Positions 59,816 to 64,000 of a stretch of 64,000 nt of DNA are shown piece by piece (within the stretch, counting starts at the first letter, position 1; every line of letters begins with the position of its first letter). A program made the position numbers and the translations under genes. The notes below the pieces were generated by a model. That model was not told the origin of the DNA, did no database searches, and saw nothing but the letters and a program-made list of their open reading frames with translations. This DNA is from an uncultured Gemmatimonadales bacterium. GTDB lineage: Bacteria; Gemmatimonadota; Gemmatimonadetes; Gemmatimonadales; GWC2-71-9. The stretch spans positions 128,001 through 192,000 of the forward strand of contig CAWCVB010000001.1 of the NCBI GenBank assembly GCA_963798915.1, written 5' to 3'.

Positions 59816-62800
59816 CTAGAACCGGCCCTGCAGAAGCCGCGCGATACCGCGAAGCGGAATACCGACCCAGTCAGGCCGGTGGTTGAGTTCGTATCCGAGT
59901 TCATAGACTGCCTTCTCGAGCATGGTCACCCGGAGCAGCATTTCCAGGCCCGCACGCGCGGCCGGCAGCATCGGGTTGTCACCGGCAGCCCGCAGGTATT
60001 CGCCAAGGAAGCTGGCGCTCACCCAGCTGTACCAGTAGCCGGCCCATGGCTCGAGCGTCTTGAGATCCTCGACGCGAAGCATGCCTCGTCCACCTGGCCC
60101 CATGACCAGCGAGTGCACCGCGTAGTCGAACGACCGCAGCATGCCCGCCACGTCATGCAAGGGTGATCGCTTGAGCCGCCGCTCGCCCACCGGCCGATCC
60201 GGCTCGCCTTCGAAGTCGATCACCACAAAGTCGCGGCCGGTGTAGAGTACCTGGCCAAGATGGTAATCGCCGTGAATCCGGATGCGCCGGGCCTCGAGCT
60301 TCCGCGTCGTGAGCTCGCGGAAGGTCTGCAGCAATCGCTCCTTCTGGCCCAGCAGCCGCCGGGCTGCCTTCGCATGCTCGTCCGGGATGGTGCCGATCCG
60401 CTCGTCCAGGGTCGCCATGACGCGGCTGGTCAGGTTGCGCATCGACTGGTAGAGCGAACGCTGGTAGAGCGAGGTGAACGGCTCCGGCTCAAAGGCCTCG
60501 TCCTCGGTCTCGGTGGCGAGCGCGAGGTGCATTTCCGCGGTCAGGCGGCCCAGGCGGGTGGCGTCGTTCAGGTAGCCGCCGATGGTTTCCCGCGCCAGCT
60601 CGGTCGGTTCGGTGCTGGCCAGGCTGAAGAGCCCGAGGCTCGGCCGTGGCACCTTGGCCTCATGAACCGTCCGAACCAGGACGCGCTCGAAGTAGCGCTG
60701 CAGTTCGTCCACGGTGAACTGCCAGGCGTCGCCCGTGTTGGGCACGAAGCCGAGCAGGACCCCAAGCGTCAGTGCGGCATCGCGCGGCCGCCGGTACTCA
60801 AGGTGCCCGGCCACCGGTGCAATCTGCCCGAAGCCCCGCTCCTCGGTGAGGTAGCCGCTCATTTCCAGCTCCGGGTTGATCCCGTCCACCGGCCGCCGGA
60901 ACAGCTTGAGCATGAGGCGTTCGCCGTACGCCACGGAGCTGTTGGATTGCTCCTGCCGCAGCAGCCTGGGTTCGAGACTGGACTCGGGCCCCCGCAATTC
61001 CCGGAAACGCGACCCCGGGAACGCGCTGAGTTCGCCGGCACGGCCCTTCCAGACCCGGCGGCGACTCACACCATCGAGAAGCGCGCGACCGAAGCTGCCT
61101 TCTTCCAGCGCATCGTAGATGACGCCCTGTTCCCTGCCGGCACGGCCCGTCACGTCCACTTCGGCCACGATAGCTGCCTCGTGATACTTCCGGATCTCGT
61201 CGGCGCGGGCGCCCGTCGCAAACACCGTCGGAACCACGTACGTCTCCGCCGCACCAGCCGCGTAGGTCGCTTCCAGCAGGAGCAGTTGTGCCGACGTGGC
61301 GTCCATCGGCATGGCGACGGCATCGGTGATGCGCACCGAACGCAATTCACGGGCATGTCCCGCAAACCAGCGGTGCCGCCGCAGCCATCCCGGCAAATTG
61401 GCCTCCACCACTTCGGCAGCATCGCCCCGGAACGCCGCATCCCAGCTGCCGCGAAGCTGCAGCTCGGGCCGGGTGAATCCGGCACCGGCAGCGACATGGG
61501 CGCCTTCTTTCGCTCCGGCCAGCTCGAACCAGTAGAATGCATGCGGCGTGAGCGTGAGGAGATACGGAAGGTCGCCGACCTGGGGGAAGCGGTTCCCGCC
61601 GAACACCTCGACTGGCACCGAGCCACGGAACGCCGACAGGTCGAGTTCGGCGTATTCGACCGAGCGCGAGAGATTGGCCACGACCAGGATGCGCTCGCCC
61701 TCATGTTCCCGAATGAACGCGAGCACCTTCCGGTTGGATGGCGTCAGGAAGGTGATGCTGCCCCGCCCGAACGCGCCATAGCGGCGTCGCAGCCCGATCA
61801 GCCGCTTCATCCAGAGCAGCAGCGAGTTCAGGCTGTTCTGCTGGTTCTCGACATTGAGGCTTTCGTAGTGATACTCGGGGTCGATGATGACCGGCAGGTA
61901 GAGCTGCTGCGGGTTGGCTCGGGAAAAGCCGGCGTTGCGGTCGGCGCTCCATTGCATCGGCGTCCGGACCCCGTTCCGGTCGCCCAGGTAGAAGTTGTCG
62001 CCCATGCCGATTTCATCCCCATAGTACAGCACCGGCGTCCCGGGAAGACTGAAGAGCAACCCGTTCATCAGCTCGATCTGTCGCCGGTCGTTGCGCAGCA
62101 GCGGGGCCAGGCGGCGCCGGATGCCCAGGTTGACCCGGGCGCGGTTGTCGTGCGCGTAGACGCGGTACATGTAGTCGCGTTCCTCGTCGGTGACCATCTC
62201 GAGCGTGAGCTCGTCATGATTGCGGAGGAAGAGCGCCCACTGGCACGATTCGGGAATGGGCGGCGTCTGGGCCAGGATGTCCATGATGGGATAGCGATCC
62301 TCCATCTGGACACCCATGAAGAGACGGGGCATGACGGGAAAGTGAAATGCGGCGTGGCATTCGTCGCCATCGCCGAAATAGGCGACGGCGTCTTCGGGCC
62401 ACTGGTTGGCCTCTGCCAGGAGCATGCGGTTGTCCCAGCGCTCATCGACGTGGCGGCGCAGCGCCTTCAGGAACTCGTGGGTCTCCGGCAGGTTCTCGCA
62501 GTTGGTGCCGTCGCGTTCGTGCAGGTAGGGAATGGCATCGAGCCGCAGCCCGTCCACCCCCATGCGGAACCAGTAGTCGAGGGTGCGGAACACGGCGCGG
62601 CGGACATCCGGATGCTCGAAGTTGAGGTCCGGCTGGTGGGCGTAGAAGCGGTGCCAGAAGTACGCCTTGGCCACCGGGTCCCAGGTCCAGTTGGACGGCT
62701 CGAAGTCCTGGAAGATGATGCGCGCCTCGCGATAGCGTTCCGGCGTGTCGCTCCACACGTAATAATCCCGGAGCCGGCTGCCAGGCGGGGCACGGCGCGC

Positions 62801-63175
62801 CTGCTGGAACCACGGATGCTGATCCGAGGTGTGGTTGATGACCAGCTCGGTGATGACCTTGAGCTCGCGATGGTGTGCCTCCCGCAGGAAGTAGCGGAAG
62901 TCTTCCATCGAGCCGCAGTCCGGGTGGATGCTCTCATAATCGGAGATGTCGTAGCCATCGTCCTTGAGCGGCGACGGGTAGAAGGGAAGCAACCACAGCG
63001 CGGTCACGCCCAGGTCCTGCAGGTAATCCAGCTTCTCGGCGAGGCCGCGGAAATCGCCGATCCCGTCGCCGTCACTGTCGTAGAAGGCACGCACGCGTGC
63101 CTCGTAGATCACCGCATCCTTGTACCACAGGGGTGCGCGTTCGGGGCTGCTGCGTGGTGTCCGTCGGCGGGCCAT
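59816..63175 (-). CDS. treS: Trehalose synthase TreS fused to maltokinase (Pep2/Mak)
   Basis: WYKDAVIYE, RLDAIPY, FLRNHDELT; C-terminal EQSNSS, RIHGDYHLGQVL, IDFEGEP. Confidence 0.95.
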   Translation of the reverse strand: MARRRTPRSSPERAPLWYKDAVIYEARVRAFYDSDGDGIGDFRGLAEKLDYLQDLGVTALWLLPFYPSPLKDDGYDISDYESIHPDCGSMEDFRYFLREAHHRELKVITELVINHTSDQHPWFQQARRAPPGSRLRDYYVWSDTPERYREARIIFQDFEPSNWTWDPVAKAYFWHRFYAHQPDLNFEHPDVRRAVFRTLDYWFRMGVDGLRLDAIPYLHERDGTNCENLPETHEFLKALRRHVDERWDNRMLLAEANQWPEDAVAYFGDGDECHAAFHFPVMPRLFMGVQMEDRYPIMDILAQTPPIPESCQWALFLRNHDELTLEMVTDEERDYMYRVYAHDNRARVNLGIRRRLAPLLRNDRRQIELMNGLLFSLPGTPVLYYGDEIGMGDNFYLGDRNGVRTPMQWSADRNAGFSRANPQQLYLPVIIDPEYHYESLNVENQQNSLNSLLLWMKRLIGLRRRYGAFGRGSITFLTPSNRKVLAFIREHEGERILVVANLSRSVEYAELDLSAFRGSVPVEVFGGNRFPQVGDLPYLLTLTPHAFYWFELAGAKEGAHVAAGAGFTRPELQLRGSWDAAFRGDAAEVVEANLPGWLRRHRWFAGHARELRSVRITDAVAMPMDATSAQLLLLEATYAAGAAETYVVPTVFATGARADEIRKYHEAAIVAEVDVTGRAGREQGVIYDALEEGSFGRALLDGVSRRRVWKGRAGELSAFPGSRFRELRGPESSLEPRLLRQEQSNSSVAYGERLMLKLFRRPVDGINPELEMSGYLTEERGFGQIAPVAGHLEYRRPRDAALTLGVLLGFVPNTGDAWQFTVDELQRYFERVLVRTVHEAKVPRPSLGLFSLASTEPTELARETIGGYLNDATRLGRLTAEMHLALATETEDEAFEPEPFTSLYQRSLYQSMRNLTSRVMATLDERIGTIPDEHAKAARRLLGQKERLLQTFRELTTRKLEARRIRIHGDYHLGQVLYTGRDFVVIDFEGEPDRPVGERRLKRSPLHDVAGMLRSFDYAVHSLVMGPGGRGMLRVEDLKTLEPWAGYWYSWVSASFLGEYLRAAGDNPMLPAARAGLEMLLRVTMLEKAVYELGYELNHRPDWVGIPLRGIARLLQGRF

Positions 63176-63190
63176 TGACGTGCCTTCGAA

Positions 63191-64000
63191 TCAGAGGAAG
63201 TAGTCGAAATCCTGTTCGGTGCGGAGCCTCCGTCTGATGCGGAAGATGTGGGCCGGCGTGCTGGCGGGATCGAGCCCCACGAAGTTGGTCGGCCCATTCC
63301 ACAGATACCGGGCGTCGCCCAGCAGGTCGTGCACCTGATACGGGTGCTCCGCGTCGATGCCGAGGTCATCGAGCGGCAGGGTGACCCAGCCGTGCTGTGC
63401 GTGGTGGGGATCCAGGTTGACCACGGTCACGATGAGGTTGCCGTCCTCCGCCGCGGTCTTGGCGTAGGCCAGCAGCTCGGGGTTGTCCACCTCCAGGAAC
63501 CGGAGGGAGTTGTTGCGCTGGAGCGCCGGGTTCTCCCGCCGGATCGCGTTCACCCGGGCGACAAAGTCACGGAGGCTTCCGGGCTGGTCCAGCTGCCAAT
63601 GCCGCACCTGGTACTTCTCCGAGTCCAGGTACTCCTCGGTGCCCGGCACCGCGCGCACGTCCACCAGCTCGAACGCCGGTCCGTAGATGCCGTAGCTCGC
63701 TGACAGCGTGGCCGCGAGCACGAGCCGCGCGCGCGAGCCAGCCTTGCCGCCCGTCTGCAGGTATTCGTGCAGGATGTCCGGTGTGTTGACGAAGAAGTTG
63801 GGGCGGAGAAACTCCGACACCGGCGGCGTGGTGAGCGTGGTGAGGTACTCTTCCAGCTCTGCCCGCGTGTTGCGCCAGGTGAAGTAGGTATACGACTGCG
63901 AGAACCCTGACTTGGCGAGGTATTCCATCACCCGCGGACGGGTGAAGGCCTCCGACAGGAAGATGACGCCCGGATGCCGGCGGCGGACTTCGTCGATGAC
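63191..64000 (-). CDS. glgE: Alpha-1,4-glucan:maltose-1-phosphate maltosyltransferase, C-terminal part
   Basis: LSEAFTRP, GFSQSYTYFTWRN, RPNFFVNTPDIL, EEYLDSEKYQ. Confidence 0.93.
   Translation of the reverse strand, partial: VIDEVRRRHPGVIFLSEAFTRPRVMEYLAKSGFSQSYTYFTWRNTRAELEEYLTTLTTPPVSEFLRPNFFVNTPDILHEYLQTGGKAGSRARLVLAATLSASYGIYGPAFELVDVRAVPGTEEYLDSEKYQVRHWQLDQPGSLRDFVARVNAIRRENPALQRNNSLRFLEVDNPELLAYAKTAAEDGNLIVTVVNLDPHHAQHGWVTLPLDDLGIDAEHPYQVHDLLGDARYLWNGPTNFVGLDPASTPAHIFRIRRRLRTEQDFDYFL

Noticed and set aside
60260..63178. 972-aa plus-strand ORF (also 4567-6159, 8093-8980, 52768-54351 and similar)
   Set aside because: Antisense shadows of real high-GC genes

Overview
High-GC bacterial window; the gene content (many GPGE-motif beta-propeller lipoproteins, Uma2 paralogs, an ECF/HEAT operon) suggests Gemmatimonadota, which is an inference. 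The flanks are ordinary: a GMC oxidoreductase pair, a beta-helix/PA14 protein, cutC, two M14 peptidases, PadR and ArsR/SRPBCC modules, a GH2, a TolB-like protein and the glgE-treS/mak-glgB operon. The most interesting region is about 9-36.5 kb. It holds an RND exporter (adaptor plus two permeases), an AraC-like regulator and two convergent arrays totalling 11 six-bladed beta-propeller genes. Each array contains a CxxC thioredoxin-like gene immediately followed by small signal-peptide-bearing, Cys-rich peptides: one 8-Cys peptide at 19981-20226, and two paralogous 4-Cys peptides sharing Y-x-WRD-x-x-G-x-C...TY-x-CPCW at 34101-34514. The arrays converge on three Uma2 genes spaced exactly 835 bp apart, with conserved ends and divergent middles. 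I propose this is a disulfide-peptide/propeller (signal-receptor or toxin-immunity) system. The window is also rich in short tandem repeats and REP-like hairpins. These include a 14-bp motif sitting exactly 3 nt before five hairpins, and repeats that lie in frame inside proteins. Several single-base frameshifts look like sequencing indels. No rRNA, tRNA, CRISPR array or transposase was recognised.
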